From: Saccostrea echinata
Lineage: Eukaryota
NCBI RefSeq assembly: GCF_033153115.1
Contig: NW_026889779.1
Location: 9,920,001-9,984,000 of the forward strand
Direction of reading: 5' to 3'
Length of the DNA: 64,000 bases
The notes under the pieces were generated by a model that did not search any database, had not been told where the DNA came from, and saw only the letters and a program-made list of their open reading frames with translations. The translations under genes were made by a program, and so were the position numbers. Positions 28,701 through 42,227 of the stretch are shown in pieces. Position 1 is the first letter of the stretch. Each line of letters starts with the position of its first letter.

Positions 28701-31700
28701 CAAAAAATAAGTAAAAATGTACTGTTGAATATAAAGCCAGACCATAGAATTCATGAGAGATGAACGGAAAAGCTTACAATTCCAGAAACCAGCCCAAGGT
28801 CATTGTAAATGTATACAAAAGGACACCACGAAAAGGACAGCATGGAATAGAGTAAGGTTTAAGATTTTGAATAAAAATAAGAAACAGACTGTTTAAAAAG
28901 CTTTAAAATACATCCTGTGTTTAGCTACCTGTCACTCATTGAAATGACACTTTTATTTAAGACAGGGATTTTTCACAGAATAATGAACAAATCACTGTTT
29001 CACATCTGAAATTATGTTAAGAGAACTCCAAGCTTGTATATTTAAGGACAAAAAATAAAATTCAATTTTAATTCTTTGATCAACAACAAACAATAGAATT
29101 TGGACATAGAACCCAGAACTAGGTCACCCCACACAGTTGGTACCACCAAGAACCATGGGATCTGTCACTGTCATACATTTCAGACTTTTTTGTTTGTGTA
29201 CGAAGCTTTTTTTGATGAAGATATCAATCTTTTTAATAAGATACTCGATTATGAAATTATGATACAGCTAAGATATATAGCACCGTTTGATCAAACTACA
29301 GCCCTATAAAGCAAGCATTGTTTCTCCCGCAATCATAATAGCTATATAGAACTCTAATGACATATTTTATCATGTTAATCAAAGACATATCACTATACAT
29401 CTGATGTATATTGTGACAAATTTGAAAACCTTTCACCTACATTTGGAACGCCTGAGGAGTCTAAGGTTCCTTTAATTTAATTTGATTTGTGAATCATCTA
29501 ACTTTATCAAGTTATTTTATTGGCATTAATCCCCCCAGCGTCACGAGTACCTGTCTGAAACATGCACTTGTGACCTTTTATCATTTAAGGGTTATCTCCC
29601 TTTGATTTCTGGGGTGCAAGGCCCTTTCTAGTAACCCTTAACATTGGGTCATCTGCAGTCTCATGCCTTGTGTCAGCTTGACAAATGATATACTGATTAA
29701 TCAAACATCTTTTAATAAAATTTGACACATAATGATTATGATTATGAGTATTTTATCTTCCAAATTTTCGCAAGTTTTAGTTGAATATAAAATGGCAATT
29801 TACACAAATCTTAAGTTAAAAGAATAATTAATGAATAAATTGCTTTTTTTTTTCCAACATGAATCCTTGCATAAATATTGAAAATTTTCTTTCCAAATCA
29901 TCCTTATAGAATTTGGCAAATCATAGATAAATCACACATAATAGAAAAGAATGTTCCCTTTCATACATGTGTATATATGTTTGTAACCAGCTAAGACTTT
30001 ATGAATACTTAATAAATACAATGAATGATTAGGGCAAACCATGCGAAGTCTGAATAGTATTTCTTGTAATATTTACAACAATAAGAAACAGGTGTACTGA
30101 ATTCATTACTTACATCACAAGTCAAAGTGTCATGATGTATAAGTATGTATACCTGTACATGAATGGCACTTACAATCATTATTGAGAAATTGATCAAATA
30201 GAGAGGACAAAAAAGGAACCAATTCTAAAATTGGGTTCAACGATTGACACATAAAAAGCTTTTCAAATCTGCTGACATCCTGATATACATGTCCGCAGCT
30301 GGAAGCTTACATGTTTAAAAATTTACCACAATGTGGTGAAAGGGAGACAAAGAAACCGTGCAAACTTTACACATCAAAGATGACTATCTTTTCAAACACT
30401 TTGGGTGCTAGATATTTTCAATATTTACCCTGTACAATATGTTACTCCGGGTTTTATCAACGACCCTCGATCCAATGATATTGACGAAGTTCGTGGACCT
30501 GACGCCACTCTGTAAAAATCCTCTTTCAGAATTTATTTACCCTCGGATCTTGATACAAATATTTATAGTCTGTTTCTCTGTCCAACAGCAGGCGTCAATA
30601 TTTTCCAAGTGCTTTAAAAATATTCTTACGTATGTTACATAAATAAGACATTTTAACTCTCACTTTTTTCACTTTGGATAAAGTGAATATACAATATATT
30701 CAGTCAGTCTAATGAAATTCAACCAGTTCGATGTGCAAATATCCCCAATTTTGGAACTCAGGAATTATCATCGGAAGTTACAACTACATGTATCTAATAG
30801 TCTCACGTTTCCTTCACAGAGGATGTATTACTGGTGCTAAGCACAAACCCTAGACTGGTACAATAAGAGACTATGTGTAATAGTTTACAATCAGTTGTGA
30901 ATTTTGTCATGTACACCTCTATTAATTATATTTTTCAAGCTACAATTACATCACAAACTTCCTTCTCCCATTCAGAACTTCAATAATGACCCAGAGCAAG
31001 ATAAAAAAAAAATGGATCATTGAATTTAGAAGTGTATTTGATATATTTGCCTCCACTCTAATTCTTCAATATTAAAAAATATGTTTATTTCATGATATAT
31101 AGGAAAACCGCAGGACATTAAATCAGCAAATGTTTAACAAATTTTGATAATATAAAAGATAAAGAAGGTTTAACTTTATTTTAAAGCACTTAAAAGTCAG
31201 AGGAAAACACTTAAAAACCCTCCCTATGGAGATTGAATGAGATCAATAACCAAACAGCCTTATCGCCGTGACATTACTGTTGCTCAACAAGTTTGTCTCC
31301 TTACATATCAAAATTGGCCAGCTATCAGGAGTAAAAAAGATCTCTCTTTGAATTTGAACTTTGTTCTGTCTTAAGAAAGACATTTCAAGCACTGCTCCAA
31401 CCACTAAGAGTCTCAGGTTGCACAAATCAATGTTAAATATGAGAAAACTTCAAGGATTTATGCAAATGAATCTCTTTTATTAATAAAATTTAACATTTTT
31501 TTTTTTCAAACAGCTGGTTAAAATTCCAGTACTTTATACCTCATGCAACTTCTGCATGTAAAATCTTTTCAGTTACTTGTAAAATTACTTGTAAAACACT
31601 GATTACCCTATTTACTTTCCAACACCATTTAGCAGGTGCTTTTTTCAGACATCACTATAACACTTGAGTCTTCTCTGTGCTAAGACATACCTTCTGTTTA

Positions 31701-34700
31701 CAAGTATCAGTATGGAGTTATGTCAAACTTACCTTCAATTCATTTCCAAGCCTTCCATTCACCCTGATCTTGTCAATGTGCCTTAAACTCATATCTGTTC
31801 CTCTTCATGTGAAATTTTCCCCTAAAAATACATTGTCTATATTATACCATACTTATGTCCATTTCAGTTGATTTTTAATGGTATAGACATGTTCTGAAGT
31901 ACCAGAAAGGTATCAAATTTATTGTCTCTTTTGCTGAATCCATGCTATACTAGCTCCCACTGCATCTCAAAGCCAACAGAAAATATAATCCAAGCATTTA
32001 CATCCAATTTCCATTCAGAGATTTTGTCAAGTGTTTTTTTTTATTCTTTCATTGTACCCTTTCCTTTTACGGATAATTCTAGTTTAAACAAGCAATTCAA
32101 TCAGTAACTTAAAAGTCCCACTAAGCTAATCGCTAGCTTGAGTCCTACTGAATGGAAAATTGTCGTGTAGATTGTGAAAGTGGTGATGTCCCTTCAGGCA
32201 AGATATATTATCTCCGAAATATCATGTAGCTTTGACAAGGACCGATGATAGACAGTGATACCTATCATAGTAATACTGCCCCCTCCAATACACACGTTCA
32301 GAATGGAATTAAATCTACAGTCCTATGCACTGAATATTTAAACCCATGAACTTTTTGAGAGGATTATTAACCAATCATACAATGCTGGTCGTGGTCAATA
32401 ACTTTTCCCCCTAGAAGGCGAGGGTAACACAAACTAATCTCAGACAGTCTAATTCTTAGATACCCATCAACTCCAAGACAAAGTCACAGCATAATCAATA
32501 CAGGTGATCTACTTTTATACCAATTGCAAATATTTGTTCAAAGTTTGATTAAGTTGAATAATTTTTGACATGCTAACATTCAACAATAAATTGAATGGGC
32601 ATCTGTCTGAGATAATACAGTGGTTTTAATCCTCAGTTACAAGGTCTTTATCACTCATTAAATACAACTTTCATGTCAGCATACCTGTTCACATGGGCTG
32701 CTCGAGCATAGGTAAACAATGCAACTCAAACTAATCTGTGCTACTCAAATTAATTGACCAAACGTTAATCCTTGTCCTGCATTATATCAGAACAAACAAC
32801 TCCATGCCACATATAATTTTACATCATTCTAATACAAAAATTGAGATAAAATATTTTGACACTGAACATTGGAAGAATTTTTGTCAGATTATCATTTCCA
32901 ACACAAAATCATTGGAAGATATAGTTACATGAACCCATCAATGTATTACAATTAGGTGGAGCTTGTTTTTGGATCAAAATAAAACATTCAACAAGATAAA
33001 TTTTAAGTACAAAAGATATTATAAGTCTAACAGAAAAAATGCTAAAACATCCACTAGGGTTTAAGACTGAACTTAAGCTTAAAACTGTTTCCAAATATCT
33101 TTCAGAAAGTGCATCTTAATAGTACATTAATTTTGATAATTTAACTTTTCAGAAAACCCTATAAACCTATCTAATGTAAATGTTATCCTTAATTTAGAAA
33201 GGATGCAATTTTTTTCCCCCTGCAATTAAAAATTAAAAAAAAATTATTGTAACAAAACTTTATTTACTGTATACAGTAAAAACACCATCAGAAATTAAAC
33301 ATCTATGATCTATGCCCCCCCCCCCCCCTCCCTCCAGCTGTAGAACTGACAACTGCATATCCTAAAAAGATTGTGATGGCTGTATGACAACAGAGCTTCA
33401 GTTCTACATAAACATTCTTGTCACTGGTTTGATTCTTGCCATACTTTTGTTAGTTCTGATTGTCCTATTATCAAAGCCTTGCAGTTTCTCCCTCAAAAAT
33501 TAGACAAAGTGTCACAATAAATATTTTAAATATTTAACATTACTATGATAATCTGGTGTTGCATGCACAAAACAAAAACTGCATGTGCATCTAGAAATTC
33601 AAATGAATAATAATACTGTAGATGAATTGTCTTGCAACCAAAAAATGGTCAATTTTTGTGGTTTATGGGATGATACTAGGAGCCATTACTGAAGTCTTTG
33701 GATTGGACAAAATACATTATAATAGTATGGAATGGCAAAAGATATCAATGGCAAAACTACACATGAAACCAATTCATTAAAAGTACTTGTACTACATATA
33801 AGCATAAACAAACGATACCTCTCTTGAGCGGTGGTTTACATTTTATAATAATTTCACATCAACAGAATCTATAAAAACAAGTTTTTCTATATATCTTATT
33901 ACCTTATCTAAAGTATTTTGTTTTATATCAAACCTCCCAATATATGCTGGTTATAAAATTTACATAATAGAATTTCTAAGCATAATTCTAATTCAGAAAT
34001 TTTACTCTCTTTGCTCCTGCTAACAAAGAATTCATTCTATAAGTATGTAAATATTATTGCCTGCTACCCAAACTTCAAAGTGAAATATTCTACCTTGCCT
34101 GTAGAAGTCTGGTTCAGTTCCCACGTAACAACTAAGCTTAATGATTAAACGTAGATGATAAACTTAACCCGAAAACTCTCAGAAGGTGTAAGCTATCCAA
34201 CAGTATTATTCAATATAGGTGTTGCATAATCTTTCTTTCATACTTTTTTCCAGACGTATAATCATAGATATCAATGAGGCAGGTAAGCTTCAAAGTTCAA
34301 TGGCATGGAAACTAAATTTTACTTATAAAACTCTCAGGTAAGAACCTCCATGGTCCAATGCCTTATGTTGGGGATCTGCTGAGATTGACCTTTTTCTATG
34401 TTAATCACAAGGAATTCAGACCACTGGGTTGATCTCAGGGTACCTCAGTCCTTTGGACTTTGACTTTCTATCACTTGCCAGATCCTTTAATGAATTTGAG
34501 GAATCAATGAAAATCTTTGTGTAACTTATAAGGGATCAGACTTAGGATGATATTTGGGTAAAATCAATCATTTGTCAATAAAATCTTTTACTTGTCAATA
34601 ATGATATTACTTTTTGAATATCAATTAATTCATGAAATTCAATTTTTAAATATTTCTCTTTCCTTAAAAGATTGAAGTGACCCAGCCCGTGGACTCAAGA

Positions 34701-35666
34701 TTTAATTCTTTAAATACTTCTCTCTATTTAAAAGTTCTAATCCTGATCTGACATATGAATCCAAATGATACAATCATTTCTTAATGAGAACAGAAGACCA
34801 GTATAGACATAAGTGACATCAGAATACTGGTCAGATTTCTCCCTTTATCTGTCCAGAATAAAATGTACCTTGCTTCTACATGTACCTTTACTCAGGACAA
34901 CTAGGATATTTTGGATTGGATCTAAAACCATTTTTAAAATTATGAATTATTGTCTACAACCAGAGATGACAAAAAAGATTAAAATTTTAACAATGAAAAA
35001 AATCTGAAAAATGCTGAGAAATCTACCAAAAGGTGTACTTCATATGTGTATTAAGTAACTATAAAAAGACAGAAAAACACTGCAGAGAGGAGAGGATGAA
35101 ATTAATCAGGACTGGCAACTAAATAAAAACACTACCACCCTTTACAGTCAGGTAGACAGTGGGGCAAATAAAAGGGAACATGCAGCTATAAGACATTTGT
35201 TTGTTACTGACTGTAGGTAGAATCAACCTCCCACTCTGAAAGGAATTTGACTAAAATGAGTGTACATGTAAAATATCAATGAAGACATTTAATGTAAATA
35301 CACAGCTCAGTTTTAGAATAAGAGTTTAATTTTGGCGACAGCCTATTGCAGTAAAGAGGGTATGATTTATCCCATGAGACAAATGATTATTATAACATCT
35401 AGATACAGAAATATTGGTATAGATTTCAATTTGATGAATTTAACATGGATAAGCGTACTAATGGGATAAAATTTGGTCACATATTGCCCAGATTTTATCT
35501 ATGTGACCGGAATTTATCTATTTATATACCCTACGTAAATGAAATGATAGGGTCATTTTAACACCGCTGGCATACATCCCTCAGTACAGGTGAAGACTTT
35601 GGTCGCGTTTTCACTTTATACATACACTTTAGCCTCAAGTGCGTGCAAACATGTAGGTAAATTTAC

Positions 35667-36025
35667 CTGCACACATAATCTCATCATCATCTGTCTGAAG
35701 TTGTCTGTCTCCGACCTCAAGATGTATCATCATGACCTGGAAACCTTACCGTTACATCTATCACTTCAGAAAAAGAATTAAAACAAAATCAAATAAATAA
35801 TATCAATAACTGGAGCATTTTCAGTTTCAGGCATTCAAGATTATATCAAATGAAACTATCACCATTACTAAAAGTCAGCACATAATGTATTGTCATTTTT
35901 GCATTATAACAGGTAGAACATGTATGATATTTTGCTTACGTCTTACGTACTACTTTACTTTTATAGTGCGGTGACAAAATCTCGGACAGCGTCTTCACCA
36001 CTCTCTTCTCCTGTTTCCTGCATAC
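35667..36025 (-). other. pair of candidate small minus-strand exons (36025-35940/35947 and 35736/35757-35667)
   Basis: Acceptor TCTTTTAG before 36025, donors GTAAGC/GTAAGA, then a second block ending CAG|GTAAAT; locally higher GC/CpG. Possible readings are VCRKQEKRVVKTLSEILSPHYKSK or MQETGEESGEDAVRDFVTAL*, and MMIHLEVGDRQLQTDDDEIMCA. No homolog recognised and phases do not join cleanly. Confidence 0.25.
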
Positions 36026-36470
36026 CTAAAAGACTGAATTATAGTACCAGGAAAAACAAGCTTCAATGAATCAAAGAGGTCTATTTTCAGGACTTATCAC
36101 TCCATAATAAAAAAAAAAGAGTGTACAATACAGTAAAATAATAACTATTGAGAAATGTCTTTTCCACTTAATTTAACACTGAAATGTGAGTAATTTCAAT
36201 CTTAATTCTCTTCTTTTTATGAAAAAAATCTTCAGAATGATTATACATGTACTCTATTTATATCTTTAAAATTGTGGGTTCTCCATTGCCTACCTTGACC
36301 CATACACAGTATATTACTTAAACATAACATTTCAAGGTACCTTGATGGATACTCATGTATACTAAGGTACATGTATATATCCCAACACAGTCTTATGTAA
36401 CTGGCCCTAAATACAGACACACACTAAAGTAAAAAAATCTTCTTTAACTGTTTCACATACTCAATATTCA

Positions 36471-36601
36471 NNNNNNNNNNNNNNNNNNNNNNNNNNNNNN
36501 NNNNNNNNNNNNNNNNNNNNNNNNNNNNNNNNNNNNNNNNNNNNNNNNNNNNNNNNNNNNNNNNNNNNNNNNNNNNNNNNNNNNNNNNNNNNNNNNNNNN
36601 N
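36471..36601. other. assembly gap (131 N)
   Basis: Run of N. Confidence 0.99.
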
Positions 36602-36634
36602 GGAAATATAATTTCATGTATGTTATACATGCAC

Positions 36635-36731
36635 CTCCCAAGTCAAAGCTAAACATAAATTTCAAAATTCATATACATGTTATAGCTCCCAAGTCAAAGC
36701 TAAACATAAATTTCAAAATTCATATACATGT
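36635..36731. repeat. tandem duplication, 51-bp period, 2 copies
   Basis: CTCCCAAGTCAAAGCTAAACATAAATTTCAAAATTCATATACATGT at 36635 and 36686. Confidence 0.9.
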
Positions 36732-37948
36732 ATCCCAGGTACTCTAACATTTTGATAATTAAATGGTTCTAAACTTCTCAACAAGACTTACGTAATTACC
36801 TCCCTTATACCTCCTCTTGCTACATGTAGCTGTATGCACATTGTGACTGAGGATTGTCTCCCTTTCCCCACTACATCTGCAAATGATTAGAAAGAGATTA
36901 TTAATTATAATATTGTAATTATTTTTCCTCTTATTCATAAATGAATGTCATCATCATAATTATGTAGATTCAAACCCATTAGACAAATTTTAATAGATGT
37001 TTATATGCACATGTTAGAAATGGAGATTATAAACACTCTCCAACCACGAAATCAAAGCCCCACAAACCAATATTTTTTTTTGACTCGAAAATTTGATCCC
37101 ACAAAAGTATGCAATTTTACAGTAGGCCAGTGCTTACTATATTGACAGCATGAAGAAATTTCCTGCCTCTTAGTACTGCTGTATCTGGTGGAATTAGAGC
37201 AATGTAGACCTTAATTCTACTTATTTTTTTCTTTACCATACAACATTTTTTTGTGTTTGTCAGAATGTCCATTGCTGGTGTAACAAAAAGGGAGAAAAAT
37301 ACATTAGATTAATTAGAAAAAAAATGGAACCTGAGCCCCCTATATGCTAGACAGGTGAACCAGTGACTGGGCTTTCTTGTCAATTAATCTACCTAACCAC
37401 AATATTCTTACCTCCTTAAATGTCCCCCATCCCTACCCCCCCCTCCAACAATCCTGTTCACAGCTCTGCATGTAACACAAAGGCAGAATGTGACACACAA
37501 AGCACAGTGATGGACAAAAAGGAACAGAGTGACTAAGGTAACCTATAAGACATTCCCTAAATGAAACAAACTACAAATTGTATATTGCTATTTGACTTGT
37601 CATTGGAAATTAACCCTGAAGAAGTAAAACATTTCTCTAAGGAAAGATGATACAAACTTTTATCAAGTCTTGAAAATAACAACTTAAGTCAAGTTTATAT
37701 AAGTAAAATGAATAAGTTTAACTGCATTGATTTTAATTTTTCATTCAAACTTTCATTATAATAGGATTTAAAGAGATAAAAAGTTGTATAGATTAATAAG
37801 CATGGTTGCAGAAAAAATTGCAGAAAAAGTAGAATTTTGAAAATCATAGAAAGTTTTCAATTTCTTTATATTTCCGAAATTTATTATTTGTATCATTTGC
37901 AATCAAAATAGGTCCAAATATATATACCAATTAATCCAAGGATCCATA

Positions 37949-37958
37949 TTTAGCTCAT

Positions 37959-37993
<35 letters not shown>

Positions 37994-38042
37994 ATTTTGT
38001 CTGTAGTCCGTCTGTCTGTCTATAAACTTTTCACATTTTTGA

Positions 38043-38082
<40 letters not shown>

Positions 38083-38084
38083 TC

Positions 38085-38135
<51 letters not shown>

Positions 38136-39292
38136 ATGCCCTCTTTCAAGGGGAGATAATGAAGAATTCATGAAAAATTAATTGCATCCTTTAAAAATCT
38201 TCTTCTCAAGAACCACAGGGCCAGGAAAGATGAAACTCATGTGGAAGCATCCTCAGGTAGTGTAGATTCAATTTTGTTCAAAACATGACCCCCGGGGGTA
38301 GGGCGGGGCCACAATGGAGGATCAAAGTTTTACATAGAAATATATAGGAAAAACCTTTAAAAATCTTTTTCTCAAGAAAAGCAAAGCCAAGATGAGTCAT
38401 ATTTATATGGAAGCATCCTCAGATAGTGTAGATTCAAATTTGAACAAATCATGACCCCGGGGGTAGGGCAGGGCCACAATGGACTATCAAAGTTTTGCAT
38501 AGAAATATATAGGAAAATCTTTAAAAATCTTCTTCTCAGGAACAGCAAAGCCCTGATTGGTCATATTTATGTGGAAGCATCCTCAGGTGGTGTAGATTCA
38601 TTTTTGTTCAAATCATGACCCCCGAGGGAAGGGTGGGACCACAATGGAGGATCAAAGTTTTACATAGAAATATATAGGAAATTTTTCAAAAATCTTCTTC
38701 TCAGCAACAGAGAAGACCTGATTGATCATATTTATGTGGAAGCATTCTCAGGTAGTGTAGATTCTATTTTGTTCAAATTATGACCTCTGGGGGTAGGACG
38801 GGGCCACAATGAAGGATCAAAGTCTTAAATAGAAATAGTTTGGAAAATATCTTCTTCTGAAGAACTGCAAAGCCATGATTAGTCATTTTGATATCGAAGC
38901 ATCCTCAGATAGTGTAGATTTAATTTTGTTCAAATGATGACCCCCGGGGGGTAGGGTGGGGCCCAATGGGGGATCAAAAGTTTTACATAAAAACATATAG
39001 AAAAAATATTTCTTCTCAAGAACAGAAAAGCTATGTATAGTCATATTGATATGGAAGCATCCTCAGGTAGTGTAGATTCAAGTTTGTTCAAATGATGACC
39101 CCTGGGATAGGGAGGAGCCACAATGGTGGATCAAAATTTTTGAAAATCTTCTCAAGTACAACAAAGCCATTTGTTATATTTACATAGAAGCATCATCAAG
39201 TAGTTAATTCAATCTTTTCAATACTGAACTGATTTGTGCTTTTGCCAAGCCAATGTGCTCAGGTGAGCGATGTGGCACATGGGCCTCTTGTT
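37949..39292 (+). mobile_element. non-autonomous Helentron/Helitron (HINE/DINE-1-like) with ~7 internal ~166-bp Cg170-like tandem repeats
   Basis: 5' subterminal IR AGCTCATCTGAGC plus hairpin and (GTCT/GTCC)n. Repeat anchor GAAGCATC recurs near 38243, 38409, 38573, 38738, 38895, 39053 and 39186. 3' subTIR GCTCAGGTGAGC, palindrome GGCACATGGGCC, then TCTTG and a T-run. No TSD. Confidence 0.9.
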
Positions 39293-41462
39293 TTTGTTTG
39301 TATCATCTGTCCTTAATTTTTTTTCACCTTTTAGTCTCATAAGAGAGATAACTCTAACTGGGATAAATGAATTTTATTCCCCTAAAAAATTGTCAAGTAA
39401 ATAAATGGTTTATTTCTGTCAAATTTTGCCCTGCAAGGTATTTAATAATGTTCACAGTTTAATTAATCAAAGTTTTTGATTTTTTTTTGAGGGGGGGGGG
39501 GGTCATTAACACTAAAGCAAAATCTTATTCTATTGAACTGAGGGAGGATAAACTTCAGCATTGCATCAACATGAAAGAAAGCATGGTCATTTTTTTTTTT
39601 TTTGAATTGTATAGCAGCTTTTAAGATCTGTTAAAAAAATATGTACTTTTTACAGACAATTTCCCATGAGAATGACCTCAGTAATCATAATGCTCTGATT
39701 ACTTCATCTGTTACTTGGACCAGAACCAAAATTATGACTCGGAAAGAACTTTACAGATTAAATTACCCAGATCCAAAATTATGCGAGGATGGCATGTAAA
39801 AGATATCTATTTAAAGTCATGGCTGTAGGAACAGGGGTGTGGAGGGGGGCAACAATTTTGCTAATAATAGAATACTATAGAAAAAATAGCTACTTAACTT
39901 GATGCTAGTTCCCCTTCAATAATTCACCTATTCTCACATAATCCGTCCACATGCAGCCTAACTTTCATAAAAAAATAAAGTCATTAATTGGGGGAGAAGT
40001 CGATTGTTTTTAAGCAAACAAAACATGGGAGATTTATTTTTCAAAATATCAGAACTCAACCATGCATGATGACAAACATATTCAATAAGCAAAATAGGTA
40101 GTGTATTTTCCTTCGTAATTTACGCTATTGTCTTAAGTCGAAATGACCCCATCAAAAAATCGTTTTATTGCTAAAATGAATATTCAGTTTTACTTGTTTT
40201 TTGAGCACTGTGTCTGTACTGAAAAAAATATTTCAAAAATTTTGTTTCTGTGCCAGTGTTTTTCTCTTAATTTGTAATTAACAAATTTTGTTTGCTTTAA
40301 TCTTATTTTTCAACTGAAATAATTCTGTTCCTTTTTGCTAGAAATATTTAAACTGAATACCTGTGCGACTTAATTTTATGTTTATGAATCCTGAAGAAAA
40401 GAAGATTTTAAAACTTAATTTGGGAAGAAACTGTGAAAATTCTAAATCAATTTTCTAAAAGAAATATATTGATAACGTTAATTACAATTTTATTGCTATT
40501 CAAACCAAAACTTAATATTTTCTTTAATTTATTTTCACCCATCTAAATGACATGCAGTATTTTCAAATACCCATAAAATGCCACAAACACTATTTATTTT
40601 TCATCCTTTTGAGAGTTTCACAGTTAAATATAATGATAACATAAGATCTGCTGTTGGTATGTATTTTTCCTATCTTTCTCTAGTTACAGTGTATGCCTCT
40701 CCCTATTTTTTCTTCTTTCACTCCCATTATACGCATTTTTAATTTCTGCTTTTGACTTAACCATCTCTGTTGAATGAAATTTATGAAATATAATTACAGA
40801 GAAAGGCAATTAAAATATATTTAATTTATGTTATTTTTACTGTAATTTACGTTATGAATGTTTTGCTTCACTGAGTAATGAGAGAGATTTATGCGTGAAA
40901 TATTGCTACAAATAAATAGAAGTACACCTTGATTGTAAAAATTAATTGAAATTCACATCAAAAATACATCCTTGACGAATTAATAAAGAAATATTTGAAA
41001 GATGTTAAAAGGAAAACACGTAATTTAACATTTTACGTTAACTGATGGCGCTTCCTGCATTATATCTACATCGGAAGTTCGGTGATGTTAAGATGCTTTC
41101 GAGATAAAACCAATAACGTTTCCTGCATGGTTCCGTATTGTCCCGACGTCTTATTTGCAAGAAAGGTACCATATATGTATTATACTGATAACGGAAATTA
41201 CATAACGTAAATTACTTTGTATCAGATTAATTGGTGTAAAATATGCACTCGCACAGATCAATGCTCGTTTTAATATTTTACGTGTTTGGTAGCTCAGGAA
41301 GAATAAATTAATTAATATGCAAAGACAGTTTTACGTATCTACATCTACATCTACATAGTACATCGTTCCATCAAACTTGATGATTATAGGCTGGCCCTGC
41401 GCAAACAGACCTCTAAATTTTAATTTAAAAAGTATAAATAAACTAAGTGCTATGGAAATCAA

Positions 41463-41596
41463 NNNNNNNNNNNNNNNNNNNNNNNNNNNNNNNNNNNNNN
41501 NNNNNNNNNNNNNNNNNNNNNNNNNNNNNNNNNNNNNNNNNNNNNNNNNNNNNNNNNNNNNNNNNNNNNNNNNNNNNNNNNNNNNNNNNNNNNNNN
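41463..41596. other. assembly gap (134 N)
   Basis: Run of N. Confidence 0.99.
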
Positions 41597-41634
41597 CTCT
41601 ATGTCTTTATAGATTCTAGTGTGTGTCCTTTTAA

Positions 41635-41971
41635 GGACATACGCAACGTACCTTACCTACTGATAATTTTTCAAAATATTCTTAATTTAAGATCATAATG
41701 CCATCAGATGTTCATAGACAAAAAATCAACATGCATTACCAGGGGTTTTGAAAAGATATCAATTGATGAAAATTCTTGTATAATTTGAAGAAAAATATAC
41801 AAAAATTACTAAACATATATTTTAGATGTTTTGTTTATCAAAATTTGTTTTGGAAGAAGAGTACAACAGGATATATAGACATTAAAATGTAGCACACAGT
41901 TCCTTTAAGTATTGGAACTCTTCAACACCAGGGAAAAAGGCAATAAAGTTCAAACTATGTTGCGTATGTCC
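41635..41971. mobile_element. Kolobok-like MITE (337 bp) inserted in the LINE
   Basis: TIR GGACATACGCAAC(G/A)TA (15/16). TTAA at 41631-41634 and 41972-41975. GG...CC termini with TTAA fit Kolobok rather than piggyBac (CC...GG). Removal restores YNLKGHTLES. Confidence 0.85.
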
Positions 41972-42227
41972 TTAAATTATAATTATATTTTACAGGTGTG
42001 CGAGATCTGGTGATACTGAGTGAACTACATTTTTGAGGATGAAATTGCATCCCCCAGACATGTTCCCAATTAGCTAAGGAGTCGAGATCTTTTTGAAGCC
42101 TTGTATAAGATGTAACAGATGATGGTAAGTCATTTATAAAAATTAAAAATAGAAGGGGCCCAAGGACTGACCCTTGAGGAACCCCACTGACCACAGGCAT
42201 TGGACTGGATACCTCACCATCAAGGAC

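Noticed and set aside
337-35007. ORF-track entries of 60-163 aa, including 4290-4781, 6410-6739 and 19216-19575
   Set aside because: No recognisable domains, composition typical of random AT-rich sequence, many non-ATG starts and no consistent splice structure.
37040-37124. Old CCACGAAA...TTTACAGTA transposon end; similar lone ends near 39820, 55100-55195 and 59940
   Set aside because: Single degenerate termini without a matching end or TSD.
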